Shown here: piece after piece, positions 1-14,400 of the stretch
Layout of the letters: each line of letters begins with the position of its first letter
Position numbering within the stretch: the stretch's first letter is position 1
NCBI RefSeq assembly: GCF_964355755.1
Contig: NC_092674.1
Location: 23,684,001 to 23,748,000 of the forward strand
Length of the DNA stretch: 64,000 nt
Reading direction: 5' to 3'
From: Antedon mediterranea
Lineage: Eukaryota; Animalia; Echinodermata
Program-made: the position numbers and the translations under genes
The notes under the pieces: model-generated
Told to the model about the DNA's origin: nothing
The model's database searches: none
What the model saw: the letters and a program-made list of their open reading frames with translations, nothing else

Positions 1-480
1 TTGATCTCAGCAAACTTTAAGTTTGGCAAGAACAATTTTCCATAATGCTCGTTTGCACAAATTTAACCAAACAAGTTTAACCAAAATGTATACTATTTAG
101 TTTGACCGAACCTTCATGAGAAACTAGTTTGCTGATAATTTTAACTTAGCAAACTCCAAGTTTAGCAACTTTGTTTTTAACCAACATGTACTAGATTTCT
201 AAAGATTTTATCTAAACAAACTCCATGTTTGGTAGGCTTAAAAACTATTTTCCATATGCTAGTTTTTGCAAAATTTGACTAGTTAGTTTCACCGATTAAT
301 TCAAATTCAAGTTTTGCGAGAACAATTTTCCAAATGCTCGTTTGCAAATGTTTAACCAAATAAGTTCGACCAATGTACACTAGCTAGTTTGACCGAACCT
401 TCTTGACAAAATAGTTTGCTGATCTCAGCAAACTCAAAGTTTGTCAATTTTCCAAATATGCTAGTTTGTTTGAAAAATTT
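1..480. repeat. Degenerate tandem repeat (intronic, ANKH copy A intron 4)
   Basis: Recurring words such as gatctcagcaaact, agaacaattttcca.aatgctcgtttgca and tagtttgaccgaacctt; 1-135 is repeated at about 300-435. Confidence 0.55.
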
Positions 481-673
481 ACACTCTATAGCAAAATTTC
501 TTAGAATAGTGCAGAATGCTAACAAACCGTTTCTAACAATTACAATAAATGACTTTAACAATTGGCTTGCTATTTTAGGCTACTACATTTCACTGTACTA
601 TTTTAAAAACAAATTTAAAACTCTAATTATGTAATTCGAAAAATAGAAGTAAAGTATAACTGTTTTATTATAG

Positions 674-3600
674 GCGGTTACAATATTTGGATTACTGCAG
701 TCAAATTTAGTAAATACAAAGCCTATCCTAATTCCTATTTTTGCTGTCTATATTGGTGCCATAACCAGAGTTAGTTTACTCTCAATTGGATTACTCGTCT
801 TAAGACGATGGGAAAGGACACGCCTTTCGAGAGAACTACAAACACCACACGTAAGTCAAGTAGGCCTAAACGAGCCAAGTATTAATTAAGATGTTATTTG
901 AATGTACTATAATAACCAACTTCCATGTTTCCATTTTGAAATTACCTGTACCTTATAATATGTGAATCTAAGCTATTTGAATAGCTTTTTTCAATTTGGT
1001 AAAATCATTTTAGAGGGCTATATATTATAAGTAGTCTAGGAGGCCTAGCCACATTTTTTACTTCTTTGTCGTTTTCTTGAAACATTTTTATACTACTTAC
1101 TTACTTTTTTTTTCCAATGCTGGCACGTTTTAACAACCTAAAATTTCCAACGAATAAATCACGCACGCCGAAACACATCGAAAATCGGTATCACGTCAAG
1201 ATACACAGAATGTGTGACGTGGTACACAAATTTTATCCATACGGAAACGGATGTTGCCCGAACTTTCTATTATTAATATTATTACGTAAAACTACATCTA
1301 ATGTAATAATAATAATTTTCATTGCATTTTTGTCAAATCAAGAAAACTGACAGTAATTAAGTTGTTAATCTTATATCTTTAGGAGAGCAATCTGAGTGTT
1401 GTAAACGTTTTGAAATTTTGGTGGCCACTTGCGATTGTCAGAGGTGTTCAAACAATCAGCAGACCAATTGTTAACTTGTTTGTAGCCAGAGATTTAAATG
1501 GGTCAGATGAGGCTATTCAGGTAGAAATGTTTTTTGTTTTTTATTCATCTTAAAACTGCAAATACGATAATCTATATTTTCTTTTTTCTCTCGCTCTTAT
1601 TTTCTTTTACAAAGGTAAATCCTCATATTAAAAAAACAATTGTTATTATAGTTTTAGAAAAACTCATTATCTATAATGCCGTTTTGGGCTATAGCAGTTC
1701 ATTAGTTAATGCTGTTTATTGTTATAGACCAGAGTATAACATATGTAAAAATAATTTTTAACATATTTATTTACATACACAATTTTTTCCCCTCTCTTTT
1801 CCCTTCTATTCGGTTAAAAAAAAAGGTTTGGTGTAGTAAGTCTGTTGTAAAGTAGTTATTTTGATGTTTTTTGTCTGTCTGTTTTTAATCCGTGTCTATT
1901 TATAATTGTTATTTTATATATTCACTCATAAGCCAGAATTGGCTGGTCTTGATATTTCACAAGAGTATGATTAAGTAAATAAATACAAAAAAATATGTTT
2001 TTCCTCGTATCAAAGGCCATAGCAGTTCTGAGCCTTGTTTTTCCAGTAGCTTTAGCTTCTTTTCATTGGTTAGATGACATAAAATCTATACAGCCTGCTT
2101 TTTTGAAGGTAAGAAATAAAAATGTGGATATTGTTTGAATGTTTGCTTGGATAATAAACACCAGTGACGTTATAAAGTGCGATAGAATATGTTTCGAAAC
2201 GTAAATAAAAAAAATAAGCACTAGTAAAATTAAGTTTGCAGTACATCATTCGTTTTCAAATGAAAATAAAGTATGGTTGAGAATGTCCCGAGGTTTCGCT
2301 GGTAATTACAATTCACATTGTAGTATACCGACTTGTTGAGACATCCTTAATCATACCTTATTTTCACTGTTACAATTACCGTACTATATGAATGGGTTGT
2401 ATTATTACCATAAGTCAGATGCTTCTCTGAGGGTAGAGTAGGGCGTGTGACGTAATTAGCTCTTTGACGCAAAGCCAGTTCGAATCATGAGAGTGTGTAC
2501 CAAAGACAAATTTCGTGATACAACGGCACACATGCCAATATTTTGAGAATTATTTAAAGTACTGGTCAACGCATTACATTGGTTCTATGATATAGGCGCC
2601 CGTATGCATTATGTGACGCTGTATCACGTGATTTATCTATAATACTTGATCATTGTAGAAACATACATTGAAGGGTATTGAACTTTTATCAACATCTAAG
2701 AGAAGAATGGAAAATCTTTTTAGAAACTCCATACCTGTTACAATTGTTTCGACATTGTTTTAGTTTTTTTCTTAATTTTTTTATAATTATTATATTTGTA
2801 TATATTCGAAATAAAAACAAATAATACTGAGCATAAGCTGTAATTCACTACAATATATTTAAACACGATTTAAAAAATATGTTGACCTTGATACTTGGTG
2901 TACCGCAGCGGCGGCAAACTTATCAACATATTGATTTTCGAGAAACGATTTTTAAACGATATAAAGTACACACAATTAATTATCAAACAATTTTTTACTG
3001 AAAGCAAATTTAGTATAGCAATACATTCGTTCTGTATTTACATATTTTCCATCATAACCGCCATATTAATTGATCTTAAATGTTAATTAATTCACAAAAT
3101 ATGTATTTTTCATGTTTTTTCAACCAGTAATATTTTTAAATTTGTAATTTATAAATAAAAAAAAATGACCATAAGGATATTATTTAACATTGTTAGCATT
3201 AATAGTAAAAATATGATGCTAAATAAATGACTCTACACTAATGTAGTATATTATACAGACAAACTGAATCCCTCCTCTCTCATTTGCCTATGGTTAGAAG
3301 CAACATATCATCGCTATCTTTTTTTATTATTATTATCTATCAAACTAATTGTTTTCTATTGATTTTTCCTTTCCCGTTTCCCGCCTGTCTCTATCCGTTC
3401 GCTCTGTGTCTCAGGCAGACCTGACTCAAGATCCTGTATCTTTCTGTGATCCTTTTTCCTTTCCCGTTTCCCGCCTGTCTCTATCCGTTCGCTCTGTGTC
3501 TCAGGCAGACCTGACTCAAGATGATCCTGTATCTTTCTGTGATTATTTTTCCTTTTCACCGGATTTATTGTTATTTGTATATTAGGCTTTTTTTATTATT

Positions 3601-6600
3601 TTTTTTTTCTATTATTGCTTCAATCTTAAAAGCAAGAAAATAAATGTTATTTGGAATTAAATTTTCAATAATTTTACAGGACACAAATCCACGTTGTCTT
3701 TTATGTTTTTTATGTTGTGCTTGTAATTTATGCCTTTAATACATTTGAAAAATACCACAGATTCCAAATATTTTTTTTAATCAATAATTAATAAATAAAC
3801 GAAAAAAAATTACATACGAGGTTTGATATAAGCATCAACGAATAAATATGAGCATGCACAAAAATGCCTGCTTTCTGCCGTTATACCAGGGAAGAGTGAC
3901 TCTTCCCTGGTTATATATTTGGTACAATAAGTCAATATTATCACACAAAAAAAGAGATACGATGTTCTTAATTAGTGACGATATAGGGAAACAGTCAAGT
4001 TTAAATAAAAGTTTCATTAGTACGATACGGTAACTTCATTATTTATTGCTATCCGTATAAAAAAGGCAGACAAAACTAAACATCAATAAAAACGAAAAGT
4101 TACAACAAAAAAACACGAACACTTGTTTAAAAATGGTTCCTCAACAAGAAACAAAGAAGTAATACAAAATTTACAATGTAATGAAATTGATATTAATATT
4201 AATACTTAATGTTATTCTTTCTTGTAGGAAACAGAAAGCACACTTGTGAAAAGAAATCATATAAGGAAATTTGATTTATGCTGTGTTATTCTGGGATTTT
4301 CGGTAATATTGTTATCTTTATCTGTATGAAATTTAAAGACTAAAATATTATTCAGCAATTTAATGATATTTCCACTTAGGCCTAATGGTTGTGCTTATTT
4401 TAAATTTGTGTTTGTCTCTTTTTCTTTTTTAGACGTTAGACAGATTTTTTAATCCTGCCTGCCTTTGGTCACAAACAAACATTACATTAAGCCGATTTTC
4501 CATTAGGCGAATTTGTTCACGCGAATCGAAAGCGCCCTCCTACGCATGCGTATTCATGTTTACCTTTTCCAATTCCCTCTCTACGCATGCGTATAAGCTG
4601 ACGCTTTCGATTCGCGCGAACAAATTCGCCTAGTGGAAAATCGGCTTTATATTTATGGGTGTTGTTTCTAGGTTTTTTTCAGTCTATTTTGGATTCCTGG
4701 AATTGTGGTGACTTTTTACACAAGTAGTATGGGCGTGTCGGAAGAGATTGCTGAGATGTGCGTGGTACCATTAAAAATGTTCTCGGTGGCCACCTTAATA
4801 AGTAACATTTGCGTTGATTGTGTTTAAGTATATTAGTTAGGATCTACTGTACAAACACTATTAGTAACCAGATTTCAATGGTGAAGTAAGGCCCTGTTTA
4901 CACAGCCATAACTAAAATTATCGGTTGATTTATTTAACCATCACTATAATATCTCTATGATATAACCAATCAAATAACTAATAAAAGGTGCATGATCATT
5001 ACAGTACACACACCTGATTCTGCAGCTATCACTAGATAGAATCTAACTGACTATAGTATCGCAAGTCATCTAGATACGGGTTTGGCTGTATTATTATTAT
5101 TATTATTATCAAACTTTATAAAGCGTCAATTCAAAGACCGAGGTACAAAATAAATGGCGCTATGCATGTTAGTGGTCGAAAAAATAAGTTTTGAGCAATT
5201 TTTTAAATAAGGCAACAGAAGAGCAGTGTTTAATTACACTATGTCTACTGACAGCTACAGAATCGGGTGGAACGGGAAATGCTCAATTCCTTCAGATAAA
5301 TGGTTAAAAATCATCGCATTATGGATAATTATCTCATTTCAATGAGATAAACTCAAATCATTAATTTATGAAAATTGCTATTTTTAAAGTTTGATTATTC
5401 AATAACGGATAATCGATATGAAGTCTGTGTACAAAAACATTGATTTGTACATATTTCTTGTAATTCAATATTTATTCAGGCATACAGTTAGGGTGAAAAC
5501 GTGAAAAGGCTTCCTATAGTCTATAGGCCTATTGTTTTTTAAATATGACCAGTGCTGTTTTTTCCATTTCGCGCATAATAATTATTGGTATTTCAAAATA
5601 CCTTCCATGTAAAACTGACAAATTATGTTCACAACATATATAAAATGAAATGAGCTCTAGAAGTTGAGGATTGATCTGAGAAAATCTGCATTCAGTGTTA
5701 CTTTTAGCAAAATCATATGTAACATACACACTAAACATCTGTAGCAAATAATAGTGGAATTTTTTTATCATTTTGTTCCGCTAACACCATATAACTTTCA
5801 AAATGTTCCGTTTACGCAATAAATGCGTATGTTGTCTTCTTCCACGCTGTTTTTGAAACTTTTATAAAGGCTTTCTAATTATTGTCTTTTTTCAGTTGGA
5901 TGGCGATCTCATATTACGTCATGGTTGATATTACATAAGAAGACGTCGGTAGTGTTTCCTAGCTCTGTTATACGAATGATCATATTTCTCGCCGTTTTGA
6001 ATCTATTTCCATTACTCGGGTATGTTCTATAAAAATCGTCTGTAAATATTATAATTATGTTGTTATTATTAATAATATTATTATTCTGGAAACACAGGAT
6101 CGCAATCCTATATAGTACTATTTATTTGACATGCAAACCTTTAAACAATAAGTTAAATATTCTTCAAAAGTTATGCTCATTTGTATTTACAATCTAAATT
6201 TTTCACTGAGCAGAAAGCTACCAACAATGCTGTTGGATCGATAGATTTTTGAACAAAATTGGCTTCCTTCTATGATTTTAAATAACACATGTGTCAAACC
6301 AAAAACTAAGCAAGAAGAAATACCACAACGATGAAACAACACTTTGGTTTCAAGGAAAAACAAAAACAGACTTTATTCCATTGCGGCTCACAACTCTCTG
6401 GATCACATGTCAGCATTACTGAAGGGATTGTTTTTCAATTTTACAGGATACATGGAACACCTTTAGGAGTTGCAGCACTTCTGTTTGGATTCATAGCGGA
6501 ATCACTATCCGTGCAAATAGCAACATTCGTTGTAGAATACAAAATGGTCAGTGTTATCGAATGTCTTTGTTCAAGGTTTAACTATAATAATAATATTTGA

Positions 6601-6693
6601 ATTTTAAAACAAACACCTCTTATTTCAATACAGAAAAGAAGCCGCCCTCTAGTTGTATCAAGCAAGAACTACGGAGCGATCATTGACAACTGA
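674..6693 (+). CDS. ANKH: ANKH-like (progressive ankylosis) membrane transporter, paralog A, exons 5-12 only (5' end outside window)
   Basis: GT-AG exons 674-850, 1383-1520, 2016-2108, 4228-4302, 4672-4801, 5896-6019, 6447-6546, 6634-6693 splice in frame. Translation includes KFWWPLAIVRGVQTISRPIVNLFVARDL, AEMCVVPLKM, WRSHITSWLILHKKT and GIHGTPLGVAALLFGFIAES, matching recalled human ANKH motifs (FWWPLAL..ISRPIVNLFVSRDL, AELCVVPLRIF, VHGATLGVGSLLAGFVGES). Confidence 0.92.
3361..3555. repeat. Tandem duplication of a ~91-bp unit (about 2 copies)
   Basis: ttttcctttcccgtttcccgcctgtctctatccgttcgctctgtgtctcaggcagacctgactcaagat occurs twice back to back. Confidence 0.85.
3880..3916. mobile_element. 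23-bp palindromic micro-element or footprint with 7-bp target-site duplication (P-element-like)
   Basis: GTTATAC-[CAGGGAAGAGT G ACTCTTCCCTG]-GTTATAT. Confidence 0.55.
4490..4646. mobile_element. PIF/Harbinger-type MITE
   Basis: TIRs of ~45 bp (agccgattttccattaggcgaatttgttc... / ...gaacaaattcgcctagtggaaaatcggct) with TTA on both sides. Confidence 0.8.
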
Positions 6694-7311
6694 CATTGAA
6701 ACGACAAATGGAGAAACTCAGAGATGCAGATTATTTAGTTGGAAACACATTAGTGTAAGCTATTATAAAGAAAAATAATAACATTATTATTGATAATTAT
6801 TCCTAATAACTGCTAACATATTCAAATGTGCAGTGTATTCATAAGAATATGTTACAAGGTTTTTACGAACACTATTGTTGGCATTGCACCAGTGTGTCCA
6901 GTTTGTCCAGATGTATCTGTAATTTAGCGTGAGATCATCAACATACTTACATTTTCCACAGCATCCCAGACTAGCATCATTAATAATAAGAAATAATATT
7001 GGTCACAACTTTGTGCTCTATGGCACACCAGATCGGATCTTTATTATACCCGAGACAATTACCATCATGTTTTTAATAAGGATTAAAAAAGTAAAATATA
7101 TCTACAGTAAATCATATTAAAGATGAAATACACAATACATAAACAATGAAAGAGATTAAAACATTAGAGAAATAATAGAAACGGGTCATGCATAATACAA
7201 AACTAATTGTCTACTAGATTTCACTCCTTACAAAGCAAAAATTAAAAGCCCATAAATGATTTAACTTCCTTGCGTCAATAATGGTAGTTAGTTTCCTAAA
7301 TAAGTTGTAAT

Positions 7312-8176
7312 AGGAGCAATCTTTATCAAGTAAGTTAGTAGAGAAGTAGCAATCTTTATCAAATTTTAAGTTAGTAGAGAATGAACAATCTTTATCAAAA
7401 TTAAGTTAGTAGAGAAGAAGCAATCTTTATCAAATTTTAAGTTAGCAGAGAAGAAGCAACCTTTATCAAATTTTAAGTTAGTAGAGAAGGAGCAATCTTT
7501 ATCAACAACATTAAGTTCGTAGAGAAGAAGCAACCTTTATCAAATGTTAAGTTAGTAGAGAATGAACAATCTTTATCAAAATGAAGTTAGTAGAGAAGAA
7601 GCAATCTTTATAAAATTTTAAGTTAGTAGAGAAGAAGCAATCTTTATAAAATTTTAAGTTAGTAGAGAAGAATCAATCTTTATCAAATTTTAAGTTATCA
7701 AATTTTTTAGTTAGTAGAGAAGAAGCAATCTTTATCAACATTTTAAGTTAGAGAGAAGGGGCAATCTTTATCAAATTTTATGTTACTAGAGAAGAAGCAA
7801 TCTTTATCAACAACATTAAGTTAGCAGAGAAGGAGCAATCTTTATCAAATTTTAAGTTAGCAGAGAAGGAGCAATCTTTATCAAATTTTAAGTTAGAAAG
7901 AAGAAGCAATCTTTATCAAAATTAAGTTAGTAGAGAAGAAGCAATCTTTATCAAATTTTAAGTTAGTAGACAAGCAATCTTTATCAAATTTTAAGTTAGT
8001 AGAGAAGAAGCAATCTTTATCAAATTTTAAGTTAGTAGAGAATGAACAATCTTTATCAAAATTAAGTTAGTAGAGAAGAAGCAATCTTTATCAAATTTTA
8101 AGTTAGTTGAGAATAAGCAATCTTTATCAAATTTTAAGTCAGAGAGAAGAAGCAATCTTTATCAAATATTTTAAGT
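7312..8176. repeat. Minisatellite, ~35-36-bp unit, about 24 copies, between ANKH-A 3' end and ANKH-B start
   Basis: Consensus aagttagtagagaagaagcaatctttatcaaatttt repeated head to tail. Confidence 0.95.
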
Positions 8177-8422
8177 TATATTATATTAGGCCTAGGCCTA
8201 GTAGAGAAGAAGGAGGAATTTTGCATGCTGCCCTCTATAAACATTATATAAGTTTTATGATGTGTGACGTATTGCCACACGAATTGATCATGCATGCAAG
8301 TCGTAAATAAAAATCTGAGCAAATGTTGGACAAAGTTTCGTCATGTTTCAGCTCAGTTTTACTTTTAATAAAAGAAACCTGAAACATTATCTCCAGATCT
8401 CAAAAAGAGACCAACGCTAAAA

Positions 8423-11400
8423 ATGGATCACAAAGTATATTGGCTGCTTACAAAGTTTCTCGTTCCACTCGGATTGACTACATTTGTTACGGATATTGCT
8501 GAACAGGTAAGACTAGACTAGCTTAGAAAGGCTAGTAGGACTATAGGCCTAGGCCCGCTGTACTAAGAAGGCTTCCCCAGCCCGGCTAGCCGCCTAGGGC
8601 GCTAATGCATTTTTCACTCCTAGGCCTACAGGCTACTATATAGGCAATCCCTAGCCTTCCCGCTAAGTCTACTACGGATTTAGAGTAGTAAAGTAGGTAG
8701 GCCGAGGCTACTAGCCTAGATTATTATGAATACCGTCGTGTTCGGCCGCCAACGAGTTCGGCCGCATGTATTTAGTATGGAACGCCAGGCTTGCTTGCAT
8801 TGTTTATATTAAATGCATTGTTTAGATTGGCGATCTCCGTGGCTTATTCCATTAAAAAAATAGGGGTGCATTGCTTTACCGATTTTTCTCTACATTTGTA
8901 TTATTGTATATAATATTACGATTTCTTTTCAGATACAGTTAGATTCATCACAGATAGAGAAAAATGAAAATTATTTTATTATATACAATCTTAACACATT
9001 TATTATCAATTCCTGTATTTTTATTTAGACATGTTATAAGTTTGAGAATTTACGAACGATTTAACTTAACTACCATATTTTATAAATAAACATATAATAT
9101 AACATTTATATTTATAATTGTTTTTTTCATATATAACCACTAGCATGCATTAAAATTGACTTTATTACTAGTAATAACATGTTATATTACAAAACTACTT
9201 AACTAATAAGTAATATAGTTTGCAAATAGTTTAAAATGTAACAATGAAACAATATCTTTTTTAATGTTTATTACTAACATACGATTTTTACTAATATCTT
9301 AATCTTCTATCTTTACATACATTAAAACTGACTTTATTTCTAGCAATATCATGTTATATTACAAAAGTTCTTAACTAACGTATTTTGCAAATAGTTTAAA
9401 ATTATATTTAATGTTTATTCTAACATAAGAGTTTTTACTAATGTTTTAACTAATTTAACTAACATACATACATTAGCACTATTCAACGCGAGCATCGCGA
9501 GTAATAAGTTTACTCGCGGCAAGCATTTGAGAACGTACACTACGTTGGCCCTCGCGGTACTCGTCCCACAATGTTTCAACTCCATTCTTCTCCAACACTG
9601 TTGCTTTGCACGTCACATTCTTGTTTCTGAGAAAACATCTCCATGTTGTATTTGCCCGTCTTTTATCAATCTTCTCTGTATATTGGTACCCATGACTGTC
9701 TACAAGCGAGTCCTGAAACAACAGAAGGTTAAGTTGGTTTTCACAAGAAATGCGATAATAAAAAAAAAATTACAAAGAATAGATTATAAATATTTTAAGA
9801 ACTTACATTCCCACCTTTTGTTGTTCCTGCTAATCGCCGATAAGTAACGATGTCATCATCAACAGCAGGCATCACTGGTATTGGTTGTGGTTCAGGGTAA
9901 AGATTCAGTACCTCTTCTTCTATGAACGATTGGTTCCAAAAAGTCGCCAAGGTCGGCTGCAAAAATCTCCAGTTGCGGCACCGGTTGGCCGTTGTTTTCT
10001 GGAGCACATTCTCTACATTTCTAATCAATAAAACCCTCTTCGACGGCTAACCTGTACGCTGCTCCTCTTTTCACTCCTGAGTCACACCGACGATGTTGCC
10101 ATCTCTGACACTCTTCGCAAAACGGTCCTTCTTGCTGTTCCGTTACGGGTTCGCGACATTCAATACAATCGTTCATGGTTCGTAGATAATCAGTAAAAGT
10201 GTAGTTAACAATTCAGATGGCAATTCCACCCGATTCTGCTACTGTCCACAGGTGCTATCTGTAAAACTATAGCAGAATCGGGTGGCAATTCAGAAATAAG
10301 TAATATTCTCTAAAATGAGGCTCTTATAAAGATGCGCGCACTCCGGTTATTGTTTTACCGAGTACAAAAAAAGAATCCTTAAATGTACCGAATTTTGTGT
10401 GTGTGTATTGTGTGACGGTCGGTAAACGCCTAACTTAAAAGCGTTATTAATAAATAATGGTCATTGTTTAGCCAAACTTCTTGCAAGTAACCGACTGCGC
10501 TTATGTCATCATGCGCTTTTTGTAGGTGACTATACTTTTAAACTTTAACTTTAGAGGCCTAACTGTAATAAATCAAACCGAAATGAATAACGATGCAAGC
10601 GAAAACACACAAAATTATATATTTACAAAATTTCCTTTTTCATGTAACGCTACGATGAAATCAAACAAACTTGACTGTTTTTTTTAAGTCTTTTTACTAA
10701 TTTTTGTAATAACTAGTGAATCACGTTATGAAATTAGACATTATACAGCAAAGTTTCGATGTTATACTTAGATCACTTACCCTACTTTTTTTATGTGAGA
10801 TTATACAGTCATAAATATCTGACGTTTTATTATTAACTAAGTACAACAAAATGTTATTTATAAATCAAATTAAATGAGATTTAATGTGTATTCTGTGATA
10901 TTGAACATAAAATCATGCTTTCTTTTTTCTTATATAAAGATTGAATTATAAATAATGACATAAGAAAATGAAATGTTTTCATTTTTGTACCGGTCGGAAA
11001 ATGTGCCCCAACGATTATATTTAAGACTGAAAGGAATGCAAGTTATATACAGTACTGTCATTAGATTAATTTAAGGATATGCACTTCTATAAGTTATAAT
11101 GAAAAAGAGTGTGTGTACTTTACAAATAAATATTAACTTTTAATTATGGTTTTCTTCATGTATCGTTGTTGTTACTGTATATCAATATCGGTGAAGTTTG
11201 CCACATATAATTTGTACATTTGAAAATCAGAATCAGTAATGTATACCACAACTTAATAACATTTATTTTTACAAATACTGTACAGAGTAAAATAAATATA
11301 AAACCAATAATGAACATATTATATTAACATAACGTAAGAAAAGAAATGTAAGTGAAAACGGACGCAACAACAATAATAATTTCAGGTTTATTTATTTAAA

Positions 11401-14400
11401 TTGTTCTTGCAGTTAACAAACTGAATTACAACAATCGTGACAATTTATAAAAATAGTAAATATTGGATAAATAACATAATAAAATGTAACATTAATATTA
11501 ACATCTCCATTAATCACATACAACAAGCAAGCTAGCTTCCCTCTAATTATTAAAAACATAAAATAATTCACCATTATTTTTATATTTAACTTTGCTGTTA
11601 ATAACACTTCAACAAATTAAAGACACGAAACGTAACACATTTCATTGTTATGTTAATAAAAAACAACCATGCTACACCACCTTCATTGTCTAAGATGGAA
11701 TTCAAGACACTCCCTCATTGTTTTAAAACAATAGCAGTAGTAGCCTTTTCAGAGTTTTCGCAATCCAATGTTGGTAGGTTTTACCATAGAGATATTATAC
11801 ACTATAATATCTCTATGGTTTTACTGTGGAACTGTATAATCCTGAAATAATTCAAGCCTTACTAAATATTAATTTTTCCAAAAATCGCTATAAAAAAGGA
11901 ATTTCAAAATACTGTAATGTTATTTCCTCCTATTTTCTTACGAAGGCATAGGCTTATTTAAGTATTGTTGATAGTATACAATAATTATTAGACATACAAT
12001 AGGCCTATATAACCAGAGTTTTAAAATACTTAATGTATTAATAACTGATTTAATGGTCATTTCTGTTTTTATTAGAACACATTAGGCCTGCAAGAGTAAA
12101 TGTACAAGACACAAGTACAAGTTTATTGCCCGTTTAAGATTATTATTATAATAATAAACGTATATCTAAATGATTTAAAATAGGTTCAAATATATCCACA
12201 CCACAGCATTCTAAATAATACTTATATCACAGAAAGTAATATGATAATACGCCGTACATTTTATGTGGTCAATTTCGATCGATCACGTTAGAATGCACCC
12301 ACATTTTTAGAATGGAATAACCCAATGAAAAGACCAGCAGAACAAACGGAAGTTGATGCATAGTTGGCGCTCCATACATATCGCCTTATATGGGCATTCA
12401 AAACATTGCGGCCGAAACCGTTTGCGGCCGAACACGATGTACACCACTAGCTAGTAGGCCCTGTCAGTGTCTGTATGTATACTGCTGTCGTCCACTTTTT
12501 AGGCCCTAACTAGCTAGTAGGCCCTGTCAGTGTCTGTATGTATACTGCTGTCGTCCACTTTTTTTCAATACAAACAATTATAGAGCAAAACAAATCAGAG
12601 AGTATTAAAAATAGTATTTATCAATAAATTTTAATTTATTTAATTAAAATTATAAACAATGCACAACCAACCAAACTAGGCCTAAGTTTTTTCTTTTACC
12701 AGGTTTTGAATCGAGGACTATCATCTGCGGAAAATGCCACCGAGATGCTTGCTACCTTTGGTATAGCATACTCCCTCACAAAGTTTGCAGCTGGACCTTT
12801 TGAAGAGTTTAAAAATGTTTCCTTGGTGTTAGTTCACAACAAAAAGGAAGCAAAAATCGGGCTATTAACACTTTTTTTGGTTTGGATCATCGTTTTGATA
12901 TTTGGCTTACTAACAGGTGAAATTTATAGTAGAACCCCTCTTTTCGACATCCCTATACTATTAAGTGAAATGAACAAATTAAAATATATGTTGTATGTCC
13001 AACCCATATTCAGGGGACACCCATATTCAGGGGACACCCATATTCAGGGGACAACCATATTCAGGGAAAACTTTATTAGTGATTGCTGCTTACTATACTA
13101 ACTAATAATTGTTGAAATGTCAATGAGAGCTTTTGAATGGAAATTTTAAAAATACACCGGGCCCTCTGAGAGACCAGTCTTTTAATGAAGAGGTTGCCCA
13201 GTATAAATAAATATCAAACAATCAGGTCACATGTTAGTGGGAAGGCCCTTTTTGTTCAATAATGGTTTCACTAGGGTGAGAGATCTCATTCCCAAATTAC
13301 TGCAAAAATGACAATGCTGTGGGTATCAGTGGCTGGATCTCATTGGTAATACAAAATAAAATTTAGCAAATCTAAATCAAAACGATAAAGTCAAACAGCC
13401 AGAGCTTTCGGGCAACACTAGCCCTTCATCAGTGCAAGTGAAAGTACTTGGACAAAATTGAGAATATAAAGCTATCTATATTATACAGGTATGGTATATA
13501 TAAAATATAATTATTAATTTATAAATTATTAATAATATTTTATTTCAGCATATACCGACTTTGGATACTTCATCACACATACACTTTACAGCTTAGATGA
13601 AAGAGTTGGCGAGGCTATTAGAAAAGCTATTTTAATGCTCAGCTTTTTTCCACTTTTTCAAGGATTGGTAAGTGTAAAAAACAATTAGTTTTGAGTTAAA
13701 TTGAATTTAGAGAAACCAATGTGACTTATATTAATTAAGGAATCATCTATAAATTAATTAATTATTAAATTATATTAAATAAATTAATAATAAATCAATT
13801 GAAATTCGAAACCTTTTCAACTACAGTATGTGGTTAGACCTATGTTACAATTAAAACATCACACATTCTCTACGTGAATAATCATTTATCATTTTTTTAA
13901 TAGATATATTACATAGCAGGCTATATTCTGCAGATGAAATACACTGCCCTCGTTGGGACCGCATCTGTAACAGATGTAGCAGTGCAGGTCAGTATTGGAG
14001 ATTAAAGCCTGTTTTCCTGTCGACGTTATTTGATCGTTAACAATAATCGGCAATCTTCTATGTAAACATTGAAATGTTAATGATTTACAGGAAAATGTAC
14101 TCGCTATCGTTACCATTTCAACTTGATCGTTTTCAAACGATCGTTGCTGATAGCGTCGAATAACGTCAACAGGAAAACAGGCTTAAAGAATACAAACCAT
14201 GGTATTATTAATTCAATGTTTTATAGTTTTACCGTAGTAGGTTATGTTTATTGTTTAAGTGAATATTATTTTTTTTATGCGATCGTAGCATCGGTAATTT
14301 GTACTATCAACCCTGTTAAATCAACTGCATAATGAATAAAAAACAATAATTTTAATCTTGTTCTTATTGCAGGGAGAATTATTACCTAATACCAAAAACC

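Noticed and set aside
1520-2015. Remnant of a second exon 7 in ANKH-A
   Set aside because: Only a short match (gctatagcagttc near 1688) with no open 93-nt exon or splice sites.
3349-3585. ORFs with internal repeats on both strands
   Set aside because: Produced by the ~91-bp tandem duplication in an ANKH-A intron.
12706-13101. 131-aa ORF
   Set aside because: ANKH-B exon 2 read through into intron and a 17-bp repeat.
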